A DNA stretch of 64,000 bases from Octopus vulgaris (GCA_951406725.2 OX597820.1:78368001-78432000); one strand, 5' to 3'; shown: positions 42,150 to 57,728, numbered from the stretch's first letter. The notes: generated by a model from the letters alone, not told the origin. Translations and numbers: made by a program.

Positions 42150-42700
42150 TTGAAAGTTGAAAATTCTCGATCCAAATCGTAGAGAATGGTTCAACAAAGA
42201 TAAAGCAAGTAGGAAATTCTATTAAATTCAATAGGTTTATTTTACTGCAAAGTTACGATGGTTTGGAATCTAGGAAATATTAAATTAAACCAATTTTGTT
42301 AACATTGCAGATGATGCGATTCGTTTAAGTAAACAAAAGCTGAGAGATATCAAACCAATGCCAATAGAAATAATTGAGGACCTTTGGGAAAACTTATGAC
42401 ATTTTCATTCTTTATTGACAATAGCCGAATTATAGGTTTCTGAAGAATTTGCTAGAGCAGATTCTAGAGGTTTAACAAATTAAGTCCCATGGGCTGCGAT
42501 TCACAAATTCGTTAGAAAAAGATTATACAACAATTTTGCTTTGGCTTTTAGGGGAGGGAGGAGTTCGTCTTTTTTTGCTTTTTATTCTCTTCAAAAACTG
42601 CGATAGTATTGCGTTCGAATCTTTTGCCTGCATGAAAGCTGTGAATATCTATTTATAACAGCGGAAATAGTTTACTAACAAATGAGATATGTTACGTAGA
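42150..42700 (+). mobile_element. Possible highly decayed hAT transposase remnant
   Basis: Weak LRW motif and ESFACMKAV...RNSL resembling the hAT dimerisation motif. Confidence 0.25.
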
Positions 42701-43577
42701 CAGATGGAAAATTCCATAATGTTTAAAATAGATATCTATGTATCATACTTAATGTATATACACTGTTTATAGGCCAGTTACTGCAGTATTTATGATGAGA
42801 TAGACTCTACAATGAATTTACTATAGTTAAAAACACAATATATATCAGTGAGAGACGAACATTCATTACAGTAGCGGAGAGCAAAAGTGCCAGATGCATT
42901 TCAGTATTTTCGGGGCATTCAATGGTGGGTACTCACAGCCAGCGAGATGCATGGATGAGAACTCATCTCCTCTAATATAAGAAGAGTCAACAAAAGATTT
43001 ACTGATGTTGCAGACAGTCAGCCAGCTGTTTAAAAGTCAGGTATACGTAATGGCAGTAGTATTTAATAAAGTATCATACTTACTATATGCAAACTGTCAA
43101 TAGGCGACTTACTGCGGTTTTTATTCTCAGATAACATTCGGAGTGTTTGTTTGTTTATATTATTACGAAAGGCGTGGAACGTTTACAGTATATTATAATC
43201 ACTTCAACATAGCATGTTGTTCTGAAAGCACCACAAGAATAGAAGATAGCATCATTCTCAAACTTTGAAGGTTGGAATTATATTGTTTTTTTTTAATAAC
43301 TTCAAACGGAGGAAGGAGGCTTCTATATGGTCGATCGACTTTCTAAAAATTATAGCTAAATATCAATTACGTGTTACGCACAACAGTCATATGAAATTAA
43401 CAGTCACATAGGACACTGTGGACCTTCAACCAATTGTAGAAAAGAAAGATGGGATGATCACGTCTAGCATCGGGGTCCAGTTGGAGCTAAATAGTAATGT
43501 GTGGGTGTATGTGAGTGTGTGGGTGTATGTGAGTGTGTGCGGCTTGTGTGCGTGTGTGTGTAGGTATATATATATAT

Positions 43578-43895
43578 TCTTTTATTCTTCTACTTGTTTC
43601 AGTCATTCGACTGCGACCATACTGGAGCACCGCCTTTAGTCGAACAAATCGACCACAAGACTTTGTAAGCGTGGTACTTATTCTATCGGACTCTTTTGCA
43701 GAGCCGCTCAATTACGGGGATATAAACACACCAACATCGGTTGTCAAGCGATGGTGGGGCGACAAACACAGATACACAAGCACAGACACACAAACACACA
43801 CACACACATACATACGACGGGCTTCTTTCAATTTCCGCCTACCAAATCTATTCACAAGGCTCTGTTCGGCCTGAGGCTATAGTAGGAGACGCTCT
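43578..43895 (-). mobile_element. SINE-A (5'-truncated)
   Basis: Reverse complement of the SINE-A body and tail. Confidence 0.85.
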
Positions 43896-44448
43896 CTTAA
43901 ACACACACATAATCAGACACATATATAAATGTCTACAAACGTACATACAAAAAACACGTGTGTGTGTATGTGTGTGTGTGCGTGTGAGAGTGAGAGAGAG
44001 AAGGAAGGGAAGAGAGAACATTGTTAACAATGAACGAAATAAACATGAACCGAAAAAATCGTATAAATAAAAGCTTCTACCGAATATTTAAATTTGTGAA
44101 CTTAGTAAATATTTTTTTCAGTAATTTATGGTAGTTATTTTCAAATAGCAAATTAAAACTTGGAATGAAAACATTAAAATAGAGAGTGAGAGTTTTGCAA
44201 ATGAAAACAGAAAATTTCGCCGTTACTACGTCGGTACTTGAGGTTGACATTGAGAAACCTTTGTCAAGAAACGAATCATAAATATAAAGTAATATGATTT
44301 ATTTTTCATAAAAATATAATAAACTAAAGTGGTCAAATAAGTTATGTAACCCAAGTATGGAAGAAATTGGCGCAGCCGTTTACACGTGAAAGGTAAATAT
44401 ACTCATTCACAAGATACACACACACAGAGTCACTCACACACACACATA

Positions 44449-44489
<41 letters not shown>

Positions 44490-44521
44490 ACATTCACACT
44501 TATGAATACATATATGTCTAT

Positions 44522-45066
<545 letters not shown>

Positions 45067-45149
45067 CGAACACATATCTGTTTCCTTTTACTGGTTTCAA
45101 CCAGAGGCTGAGACCATGCTCGAGTACTGCCTTTCAGTGTAACTAGGTT

Positions 45150-45795
45150 TGTTTCCTGTACAGTTTCTGGTGAAGTAGTGAGTTGGACGGAGCTGCTGTT
45201 TTCCGTACCTCCTGCCGTGAAGTGGGTTCATCTGATATCTAAGAAGAAAATTTGTCTAGATGCTCCCTGAAAACCTCCACATCTACAACTCGCAAATATC
45301 TTAGGCTATTTAGGAGAATGTTGAAAAGTTGTGTGGATCCTTGAAACCCAAGCTTTTACAGTAGTGTGTCCTTATCCTAGATGAAGAAGACGGGATCTTT
45401 GGTATAATGCAGGGCTATCCCGTCCCGTGGTTGTTATAGCTTTCAATTTCAACGTTTGGAGCGAGACCTTCCAGGATCTTCCATATGTATATCACTACAT
45501 ATCTTTTACCCCGCTTCACTTTAGGAAGCAGAGCTTCAGTTCATTTAACCTCTCCTAGTAGCTCACCAGTTTCATCGAGTTAATCTTCTTTGTGTAATGG
45601 TGCTAGATTGCCTCAAGTCCAGCCAACAGCTTGGCAGTCTATGGTTACCACAGTTGGGAGCAGTAATCCAGACGGCTTAGAACGAAAGTTCTCCATATGA
45701 GTGGTATGGTATCTTTTGTTCAGGTTATGAATCATCTCAGAATCCATTCAGCTACTCGTCTGAAACGTATTGCTATCTTGGTAATAGGCACAGCG
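45150..45795 (-). mobile_element. CR1-group LINE 3' fragment
   Basis: WILR.F...IWRTFVLSRLDYCSQLW...LEAI...YTKKI...ERL.EL...IYIWKILEGLAPN. Confidence 0.85.
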
Positions 45796-45840
45796 ATTAC
45801 TGCATGATTTGTTTTACACTAGTTGGACGCGTTACAAAAG

Positions 45841-46225
45841 GCGGCGAGCTTGCAGAAACGTTAGTAAGCCGGGCGAAATACTTAGCGGTATTTCGTCTCT
45901 CTTTTCGTTCTAAGTTCAAATTCCGCCGAAGTTGACTTTGTCTTTCATCCTTTCGGGGTCGATTAAATAAGTACCAGTTACGCACTGGAGTCGATGTAAT
46001 CGACTTAATCCCTTTGTCTGTCCTTGTTTGTCCCCTCTATGTTTAGCCCCTTGTGGGCAATAAAGAAATAAGAAACGTTCGCACGCCGGGCGAAATGCTT
46101 AGCGGTATTTTGTCTGTCTTTACGTTCTGAGTTCAAATTAAGTACTAGTTACGCACTGGGGTCGATGTAATCGACTTAATCCCGCCTCCAAATTTGAGGT
46201 TGTGCCTCCAGTACAAAGGATTAAT
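45841..46225 (+). mobile_element. Tandem or nested SINE-B pair
   Basis: First copy ends AATAAAGAAATA and sequence resumes at AGAAACGTT within a second head. Confidence 0.85.
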
Positions 46226-46449
46226 TTAATGCGTTACTGTATACATTTGTCGAGTACAAATTTATTATTCTTGAACAAGAATTTTGTTGACAGTGACTTC
46301 TAAGTTTCGGCCAGGTAAGCCATATACATATACGTAATATATTTGTATACAACTACAAGGTCAAGAGCTATGTGTAATGAATATGTATTTATTTAAACGC
46401 GTGACTTCCATAAGACTGCGGCCGTTTCGTAACCTTCTTATTCATTCAT

Positions 46450-46524
<75 letters not shown>

Positions 46525-46525
<1 letters not shown>

Positions 46526-47182
46526 GTTTCTTTATTGGCCACAGAGGGCTGCACACAGATGGGACAAGTTACAAGGTAGAGCTTTTCTTTTGGGGGATGA
46601 AAAAAGGGGGTGGCGTAGGTTTTTGATCAAGGGGGATCGTAAAAGGGAAGAAAAGAACAAAAAAAAAGGAAAAGAAAAAAAAATAGAATAAAAAATAAAA
46701 AGAATAAAAGAAAAAGAAAAAAAAAAGAAAGGGAAAGGAACAAAAGAAAAGAGAAATGAAAAAAGAAGAAAAAGGGGGGAAAAAAGGGGAAGAGGAAAAA
46801 AAAAGGAACGATCAATAGGGATCGTGTATCACAGTGTTATGATATATGGTGTAAAGGGGAAAGCAAGTAAGGTTTATCCGTGGGAAGAAAAGCCTACGAA
46901 AAAGACCACGGTAACCTTGGTCAATATTGTTATATGTTACCACATTTGTTTGCAAGTGGGTAACCCTCTGTTTTCAATTTCTGGGTTCATAGGACTATGC
47001 TCAAGGTGGCTTCGTCATTCATACATGCCATCCTTGCTACATTCACCCATCTTTTTTTAAAACATTCGCTAGACAAAACTTGCCTCTCTACTCTCACTTT
47101 CCTTTTCAAGTGGTACTTGAAGAAGTTGATGAGAGATTGACCAGAGAGGAAAGTGTTTGTCTCCAATCCTTTCAGACGCGTC
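46525..47182 (-). mobile_element. Tx1/L1-type LINE 3' fragment in (GATA)n
   Basis: Homologous to 49089-49635; pure (GATA)n on both sides. Confidence 0.85.
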
Positions 47183-47265
<83 letters not shown>

Positions 47266-47287
47266 GTAGATAGGGTAGGTATGTGGG

Positions 47288-47361
<74 letters not shown>

Positions 47362-47366
47362 TGTCC

Positions 47367-47412
<46 letters not shown>

Positions 47413-48996
47413 ATGTGTGTGTGTATGTGTGTGTATGTGTGTTTATCGTACGTATAACTATGTATTTTGGTAGAAACATACATAGGTAGATATAGACATG
47501 TAGACATGTAGACATATACAAAACATAAAAATACACACAAAAAGACTTATAGATAAGTGTGAGTGCGTATGTGTGTGATGTGTATATGTGTGTGAGCGTG
47601 TGTTTGTAAGGATACGCAAACATATATATATATATACATATATATATATTTATGTAAGTATATATGTATGCATGCATGCATGTATGAATATATACACACC
47701 TATTTCTGAATGCGTCTATTTTCAATCAAAGCCCCAAAAAAGGTAGGTGCAGAGATAATGTCAACTTCAAGATGGAAAAACCATCGTTTTGATTGTTGAG
47801 GAAATGCCGTTGAGGAGGTAAATAAAGAAGCTGGAGTGGATATCGAACGATGGGTAATTATATGCCGTGTGAAGAAAGTAAAAAGGGGAGGGACTTAAAT
47901 AATGGATTGATTGGTTGATTGATTAATTGATTAATTGATTAATTAATTGATTGGCTGGTTGGTTGGTTGGTTGCTTCATTCGTTCGTTGTTAATTTTGTG
48001 AGAGAAAAATTGAAATCATAAGAAAGAAAAAAAGTAAAGATATATAAAATGAATAAGTAAAAGAAAGAGAAGAGGAAAAGGAATTGAGAAACGATGAATT
48101 TTAGTGGTTCGATATGAGGTTGGGACCAATATATTGATTGGCTAATGAAATATCAAATCACTAGAATACAAGAATGGTAGTGATCTGAAGCGGAAAGACT
48201 TTGAGTTCTGTAAAAATATTAAAAATCTTAAAGTGACGTTCGTGTACCATGAAGAGAAGTATATTCAGCGGCTGAGGCTGGGTTCTTCATGAGATATATT
48301 GAAATGTTTTGATAGAATGGTAGCAAATATAATATCGTTAGTGAAACTCTGCTACAGAAATAAACATAATAAAATATCAACAGCTCACGCCATGTAGAAT
48401 ATATTTATAGAAATATATTGTTCTTCTCAACACAATTATTTTCATTCTTCTGAGAAGTAAACAAATTTACACAACAAAACAATAATATATATACAAACAC
48501 ACATATATATATATATATATATACATATATACATACACACACACACAAGCCCACACGCACAATGAGATAGCAATGCTAATTTCTCTGGCGAGGGAATAAA
48601 AATGAAACATAAGATCGTATGATACAATACACTGTGTAATGGTGGGATTTTTAATTTTATTTTTTTCAATTATATGTTTATTCAAGAAACTTTTAATACG
48701 GATCTCTGAAATGTGTAATGTGTATGCATGTGTGTTTGTGCGAATATTTATTATAAATGTATACAAAACTACGCATGTTTATATGTACTTTATATATACA
48801 TTATACATATATATTATATTATATTATATATCATGTATGCATTCAAACACATACATACAATATATGGTCATATATAACCTATGTATGGATATATAACGTA
48901 TGTATGTATGTATCTATGTATATATGTATGTATGTTTGTATGTATGTATGCAGATATCTAGCAAGCCAGAGAGATGGACAGATAGATAGACAGATG

Positions 48997-49088
<92 letters not shown>

Positions 49089-50775
49089 TGTTTCTTTATT
49101 AACCACACATGGCTGCACACAGACGGGGCAGATTACAAAGTAGAGCTTTTCTTTATGGGGAGAAAAGAGGAAGAAAAAAAAGAGTGGGGTAGGTTTTCGA
49201 TCAAAAGGGATCGTAAATGTGAGAGAATAAAAAGAAAGAAAAGAAAAAAGCGACCAATAGGGATCGTGTATCACAGAAATTCCATGATGTAAAGTGTAAA
49301 GGGGGAAGCAGATAGGGTTTATCCGTGGAGAGAAAAACCTACAGAAAAGACCACGATAACCTCGTTCAATAATGTCACCTGTTAACACATTTGTTTGCAA
49401 GTAGGTAACCCTCTGTTTTAAATTTTTCCGGGTTCATAGGATTATGCTCAAGGTAGCTTCGTCATTCATACGTGCCATCCTTGCTACATTCACCCATCTT
49501 TTTTTTTTAAAACATTCGCAAAGACAAAACTTGCCTCTACTCTCACTTTCCTTTTCAAGTGATACTTGAAGAAGTTGATGAGAGATTGACCAGAGAGGAA
49601 AGTGTTTGTCTCCGTTCCTTTCAGACGCGTCTACAAGATACATTCTTTCGCCATGGCCACAAGAATAATGAAAATAGTTCTTCCTTCCCGTTTGAAGGAA
49701 GCAGGCGTGACATTATTGACGATAGACTCGGCTGATAAACCGACTCGTCCCACACGTGACAGCAGTCATTCGACTGCTCTTGTGGCTTTTGTTGTGCAGT
49801 AGTTGGACACTTCTTTTTCAAATGTGTCTTGCTTCCGCACAGATAGCAACGTGGTCGCCTGCCCTCTACCACTACATAGAGTTTGTAGCCTTCTGGCAGT
49901 TCTATAGTGGTGGGTATCTTTTCTCTTGTTGTTTCATCCAATTGAAGGAGTAATTGGAGTGATTTTCCCACCCGGTTTTGCTGTTCTAGAACGGCGATTT
50001 CAAGAATGTTTGTCTCTACCATTTCAAAGCAGATGGCAGAGACTAACCATTGTATTTCTACTTTAGGTGGTACATTTTTTATTGTGATTTTCGTCACCCT
50101 CTGGCCTAGATAAGTCGGTATCATCACCAAGTCATATGTATGCAGATCCAATGTGGAAAATCGTTTCGCTAGATTTTTATTGTGGCAACGTACTTGGACT
50201 GTGCCAAACTTATGCCACCGACTAACGTATTCTTTCGAATCCATACAGGGCGATGGCATTTTTCGATTTTTTCTGCGGTGCACTTTCTGGTCGTCTTGTA
50301 TTCTTGTTGATAACTCTGCATATTATTGTTTTTTGTTGTGTGTGTATTTTCCACGAGGAGTTGTGGAATGTGGAGATGCAAATTATCTCCTTCTTTGGTG
50401 AGAAGTGCCTTTGTGTTGTTTATTTCTTGTGCGGTGAATTTGATGATTGTTCTCTTTTGTTTTATCGCTTCCGCAAAGTTTGTTTTATTTTTGGTGGTGT
50501 TAGTGGCAGAGGAGTTAGTTGTAGCAGTTGAAGTCGTGGTACTAGTCTTGATGTTGACGGTGCTGTCTTCGGTGGGCGGCTTTGTGCTGATTTCGTTGTT
50601 GTTGTTGTTGTTGGTAGTGATGGTGGTGGTGGTACTGGCATTCATGTTTGCGTCTGTATTCGTTTGTTTTGAAATCCTTTTCTCTGTCCTTCTTTCATCG
50701 GCAAGTGGTGTAGGGAGTGGGGGAAATCTAAGTTAATGTCTTTGGTGGTGGCGATGGTGAATGGCCTTGCGATGT
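49089..50775 (-). mobile_element. Tx1/L1-type element: ORF1 joined to the ORF2 C-terminus (EN/RT absent), in (GATA)n
   Basis: NFAEAIK motif, PTYLGQRVTKITIKNVP, CYLCGSKTHLKKKC, then LVAMAKECI..TRLK...KRWV and the 3' UTR. Confidence 0.8.
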
Positions 50776-50800
50776 GATAGATATATATATATATATATAT

Positions 50801-50909
<109 letters not shown>

Positions 50910-51956
50910 CAGATAGATAGATAGATAGATAGATACATACATACATACATACATACATATAATGTGTATGTTTGTATGTATGTATAACACGCAGGGGGCT
51001 GATAGCTAGGGACACACACACGTATACACATACATACGACGTATATATGTGTGTGTGTGAGATCTCGTCCGTATGTGTGTATCTGTGTATATATATATAT
51101 ATATATATAGATAGATAGATGTGGTGGGGGTGAGTGTATGTAGACAGTCTATCTCTAACATTATCCGATCAACCTCACTTTTTTAATATTTTTATATAGC
51201 CTCTTATATTTTCCTTCTTTCGTCACTAGTGTATCTGGTCAATTCTTGCTGGGTTTTTTCTCTTTACTTTTTGTGTAACCTATACAGTTTTTTTGGCTGT
51301 CTATGCCAAACGTACAGAGGCATAGAGACACGATGTACAGTCGCAGATAAACACAATACGTGTAGGACAGCGCAAAAAGCAGACAATGACGCCAACAACA
51401 GGACTGGAAAGAAAAGAAGAAACCACACACACGTATGAGTTTGTATGCTTATTTGAATATTCGAGAGATAAGTGTATAACACAATATAATTCTATGTGTA
51501 TATTGCTATAACACACACACACACATTCACACTTACACACATACAAACACACATTCACACTCACACACATACACACACACACTCACACTCACGCACATAC
51601 ACACTCACGCACATGTCGCGCCTGTGTAAATATAAATATATATATATGCTAGCATGGAAAGCGGACGTTAAACGATGATGATGATGATGATGATATATAT
51701 ATATATATATGCATATATGTCGATACATATATGTATATACATACATATACAAGGAGAAAGATGAGAGGCGATAGCGATAGGCACAGAATCCATATAAAAT
51801 GCATATAGAAACATAGATAACTACCTAAGTGTGCATGTGTGTGTGTATGTATGTATGTGTAAATATATATATATATAGATGAGTGCATGCGTATATATAT
51901 TTACACAGGCGCGACATGTGTGTGTGTATATATATATATATATATACATTTCTACG

Positions 51957-52336
51957 TACAGGAGTGGCTGTGTGGTGAGAAACTTGCTTCCCAACCACAT
52001 GGTTCCGGGTTCAGTCCAACTGCGTGGCACCTTGGGCTAGTGTCTCCTACTATAGCCTCGGACTGACCAAAGATTTGTGAGTGGATATGGTAGGCGGAAA
52101 CTGAAAAAAGCCCGTGTGTGTGTGTTTAAGTTTGTGTGTCTGTGTTTCTTTCCCCCTCCCTAACATCACTTGACAGCCGATGGTGGGGTGTTTACGGCCC
52201 CGTAACCCAGTGGTTCGGCAAAAGAGATCCGATAGAATAAGTAACAGGCTTGCCAGGAATAAGTCATGGGGTCGATTTGCTCGATTAAAGGAGCTACTCC
52301 AGCATGGCCGCAGCCAAATGACTGAAACAAAAGAAT
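51957..52336 (+). mobile_element. Full-length SINE-A
   Basis: Complete head, GGCACCTTGGGC (CORE-like) segment, (TG)n and tail. Confidence 0.9.
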
Positions 52337-52604
52337 ATCTATATGTATATATATTTACATGTGCATATGTATATGTGTGTGTGCGTGTGTGTGTGTGTGT
52401 GTGCGTGTGTGTGTGTGTGTGCGCGCGTGTGTGCGTGTGTGTGTGTATTAAGAGAACTACAATTAGATATAATCTTAGGTTTATATAGGGATATGTATTC
52501 GATATATGTATATATGAAAATATGATATACAAACAATATAAGACCAGTATGCTATATACTAATACATATGTATATATATATAAATATTTACGTGTGTGTG
52601 TGTG

Positions 52605-52664
<60 letters not shown>

Positions 52665-52679
52665 ATACATATATATATG

Positions 52680-52713
<34 letters not shown>

Positions 52714-52867
52714 TAGATAGATATGGATATAGATATATAAACGTGTATATATATATATATACTTGTATATGTATAGATATATAGATATAAAATACACAAT
52801 CATATATATGCATATTTATATAAAGTATATTTATGCATGCATATATACTCAGAGATATGTAGGCATG

Positions 52868-52917
<50 letters not shown>

Positions 52918-53205
52918 ATGTTAATATGTGTCTGTCTTTCTTTCATTCTGTCTCATGCCTTTCAACCAATATCTATTTCAGACGATCGATTCACCGATTT
53001 ATCTTTACACCCAACTCTGATGTTCATATCATCTAATGTGCGTCTCTGCCAGTTTTCGTCGTCTCCAATTTGCTTTGTTCAGCCGAACAAAGAATATCCT
53101 GCAGCAATACACGCATAGAATTTTCTCTTCTTTTTGCCTTCTCACACACACGCGCACACGAATTTATATATGAGTATGTATATATGTTCGCGTGTAAGTG
53201 TACTG

Positions 53206-53267
<62 letters not shown>

Positions 53268-53274
53268 TATAAAA

Positions 53275-53990
53275 TGAGATAGGGGTTGAAAATTCGACCC
53301 ACCATGGGATAATATATATCCAATATACTGCTAGATAGGTACCCAACAAAATTAATACATGGATGTTAAAAATTGTCAAGCAATCAGTTCATCTATTGTA
53401 TTAAATGGGTAAAGGTAATAATATTACCGTAAATTAATACTACAAAATTAGAGAATGGAGAAACATACTTAAATCAGTAAAACATCAACTATCCGATGAT
53501 ACTCAATCCATACTTTAATACACCATTACATATGAGTAAAGGCAATATATAAAATGAAATGAGATATACAGTAATAGTAAAAGTAAAAAGATAAAGAGAT
53601 ATAAGTAAAAAATTTCAAATATAATATGCAAATAAATCAAAACTGACAGCTGTTTCGGCAGTGAGGACAGTCATACCTCATTTAACCTATAAGCCATAAA
53701 GGCAGGTATAAATGAGGCATTAACAAGGATGCCCCACGGCCTCTTCAGAGAATTAAATTAAATTTGTTATAATAGTGAAAAATATTATATAATCATATAC
53801 ATATAAATATAAAAATATAAAAATGTAAAATATAAAAACTTATACATCATAATGCTACACTTATATAATATAATACACATTTGTACAAAAAGGAAGGTAA
53901 ACAGAACAAAATAAAACAAAATATATAACAGTGTATATATTAATATTAATAAGTACCGATATTATACATATTTGGCTAATAGTTTTTATA
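53275..53990 (-). mobile_element. Non-coding HHR cassette between (TA)n tracts
   Basis: About 700 bp of non-microsatellite sequence bounded by (TA)n and containing an HHR. Confidence 0.6.
53641..53754 (-). ncRNA. Type-I hammerhead with canonical core and long stem II
   Basis: CT-CTGAAGA-GGCCGTGGGG...ATGCCTCATTTA...TAAATGAGGTAT...CCTCACTGCC-GAAAC-AGCT-GTC-AG; stem I weak. Confidence 0.8.
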
Positions 53991-54002
53991 TATTGTATAT
54001 GT

Positions 54003-54040
<38 letters not shown>

Positions 54041-54123
54041 GGTCCCGGGTTGATTCGGGGTTAACCACAGTAAATAAGGTACTCAATACATAGCAGAGTA
54101 AAATTAATTTATTATATAGAAGG

Positions 54124-54174
54124 AGCTTCTACAGGACTAGAACTGTTTCATTCAAGAGAAATCTTCAGGAAGCT
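54124..54174 (-). ncRNA. Compact type-I hammerhead ribozyme
   Basis: AGCTTC-CTGAAGA-T-TTC/TCTT/GAA-T-GAA-ACAG/TTCTAGTC/CTGT-A-GAAGCT. Confidence 0.85.
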
Positions 54175-54789
54175 AGTTAACAAGAATTGTATTGGCATTT
54201 ATACATTTAGGCAGGTTTAAAGGGGTGTTGGTGGGGGACTTTTTGGGGGTAGGCATAGCGCAAAATATCATACTTGGGGGAGTGGTCAGGGAGTCAGTGT
54301 TAAATTAGATAGAAGAATAAATAAAAAATTAAAAAATTAAAAAAAATTAAAAAATATATATAAAAATATATATATATAGAAAAAATGGGGGAGTAGAGTG
54401 TTAGGTAAATAAGGAGATTCTCACTTATACCTATGCACATATGTATACATATATACACACACATACAAACATATATACATATACATACACACATACATAC
54501 ACACACATATATACATATATATACACTTACACATACATATACATATCTACACATACACATATATGTATACATACACACACTCACATGCATACACGTATAC
54601 ACACATGTATATATACACACACGACCACACATACATATACACACAGAAAAATATATATACACATACACACACATACTCACATACACGCATACACACACAT
54701 ATCCACACACACACATGCACACACAGCACACTAGTCCCTATATACACATATATACACATACACACATATATACATACACACACATACAT

Positions 54790-54822
<33 letters not shown>

Positions 54823-55238
54823 CATATGTGTACCTATGCATACCTACACATACACACATATATATATATACACATACAAATACAGACCCATTCCCTAATT
54901 TTAATTTTATTATCTTCGTTTATTACTTTTGTTATCTTTGGCCGCTTGGTCACAAACATCTTGGCTATGACAGCCAGTCCATATATCTGTCTACTGGAAA
55001 ACAAGCACTCATTCACTCATGCACACTCTTTAGCACGTACACTCACTCATTCGTACACTCATACACATACACGCACGCACGCGTTATATTCATACATACA
55101 TACATCTACATACATTCACGTATATACACATATGTACGCGTACCTACAGATTCATGTCTACATTCTTAGAAGGCTAGTCTATACATAAACACCAATAAAT
55201 ATAAATACACACACATACATATACACCTACCTACAAAT

Positions 55239-55283
<45 letters not shown>

Positions 55284-55481
55284 AATATATACACATATAT
55301 ATATACATATATATATACACATATATACACACATACACACATATACATATATATACACACATACACATACATACATATACACACATACACATACATACGT
55401 ATACATACATACATACATCCATACATCCATACATACATACATTTATACACATACACACACCCAGATACATACATATATATA

Positions 55482-55524
<43 letters not shown>

Positions 55525-55906
55525 TATATACATTCATACACACACATACATATACATACATACATATACAAATATACGCACACACATACATACATACTCA
55601 TATACACATACACGCACATACACATGTACATGCGTACCCATACACACACGCGCGCGCGCGCGCATCCATATATACACATAAGTACACACATGCGTAAAAG
55701 TATACATATATCTATGCTTACACATACACACACACACACACGCCTCCTTATATTCATACTTACATGCATACTCAGAAAATAAGTAAATAGTAAAATATAT
55801 ATACCCGCAGTTATTCATACATGCATACTCAAAAAATAAATAATAAATATTAAGTATATGTACGTGCAGTTACCTATTATATAGACGGATACATACATAT
55901 AAACTT

Positions 55907-55943
<37 letters not shown>

Positions 55944-56242
55944 TACATACATATATACACATATATATACATATACATATATACACACATATATATACAC
56001 ACACACACATACACATATATATATATACATACTTACACACATGTACAAATATATACACACATAGATAACTCTACGTACCTACATATACATAAACACACGA
56101 GCGTACGCGTATATGTACATATACACATACACATACACACGCATATATATACATACATACATACACATACACACATATATACACACACACATACACACAT
56201 ATATACACACACACACATATACACATATATATATATATATAC

Positions 56243-56279
<37 letters not shown>

Positions 56280-56518
56280 CACACACATATACATGTGTGC
56301 AAACATACATACATACTCATACAAGCACACACACTTACATTTACATATATACACACACTTACACACATATATACATACACATATACATACATACATACAT
56401 ATATGCATACATACACACACACATATATATATATACATACATACACATACACATACCTATACATATATATACACACATATATATACACATGCACATACTT
56501 ATATCTCTACATACTCGC

Positions 56519-56555
<37 letters not shown>

Positions 56556-56792
56556 CACACACATACATATACCTATATACATGTATATATACACTTACAT
56601 ATATATACACATCTACAATTTGTATCTACACTCACATACATGCACATACACATAACTCTACATACCTACATATACATCGACATACTCGCGTACACTCATA
56701 TATATACACATATATACATATACACACACACACATATACATATACATATATATATATATGAATATATACATATATAATACACATATACACAC

Positions 56793-56846
<54 letters not shown>

Positions 56847-56868
56847 GCCAATACAATTCTTGTTAACT

Positions 56869-56919
56869 AGCTTCCTGAAGATTTCTCTTGAATGAAACAG
56901 TTCTAGTCCTGTAGAAGCT
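56869..56919 (+). ncRNA. Compact type-I hammerhead ribozyme (identical to 54124-54174)
   Basis: AGCTTC CTGAAGA TTTCTCTTGAAT GAAACAG TTCTAGTC CTGTA GAAGCT. Confidence 0.85.
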
Positions 56920-56934
56920 CCTTCTATATAATAA

Positions 56935-56969
<35 letters not shown>

Positions 56970-57044
56970 TATACATACATACATAATATATATATACATA
57001 AGTATATATATATATGTGTATATATATATCTATATATATCTATA

Positions 57045-57092
<48 letters not shown>

Positions 57093-57156
57093 TATATATG
57101 TATGTATGTATGTATGTATAAACAAATATAGTTAGGTAGGTACATACATAGATTAC

Positions 57157-57199
<43 letters not shown>

Positions 57200-57200
57200 G

Positions 57201-57410
57201 AAATGTTATAAATATAGATAGTATTATGTGTTTAGGCATGCGTATACATATACGAATATAAATAGATATTTATATACATATATGCATATATATATATATG
57301 AGTGTGTATGTGTGTGTGTCTGTGTGCGTCTGTATGTATAAATATATAATTATATTCGTATATGTATACGCATGCCTAAACACAATAGTCTCCATATTTA
57401 TACACATTTT
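57201..57410. repeat. Local inverted duplication with a 35-bp perfect core (57227-57261 / 57350-57384)
   Basis: TGTGTTTAGGCATGCGTATACATATACGAATATAA and its reverse complement. Confidence 0.85.
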
Positions 57411-57474
57411 ATATTATACACAGATATCTGTGCATATATATGTACATATACAAATATATGCACTTATATATATA

Positions 57475-57583
<109 letters not shown>

Positions 57584-57601
57584 GTAGGTCGTTACATTAC
57601 A

Positions 57602-57635
<34 letters not shown>

Positions 57636-57697
57636 GGTCGTTACATTACATAAATATATATATACGTACATACATACATACATACATACATTCATAC

Positions 57698-57728
<31 letters not shown>

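Larger units (their letters stand above)
54107..56936. repeat. Perfect 92-bp inverted repeat (54107-54198 / 56845-56936), each arm containing the HHR
   Basis: Arms are exact reverse complements by eye. Confidence 0.9.
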
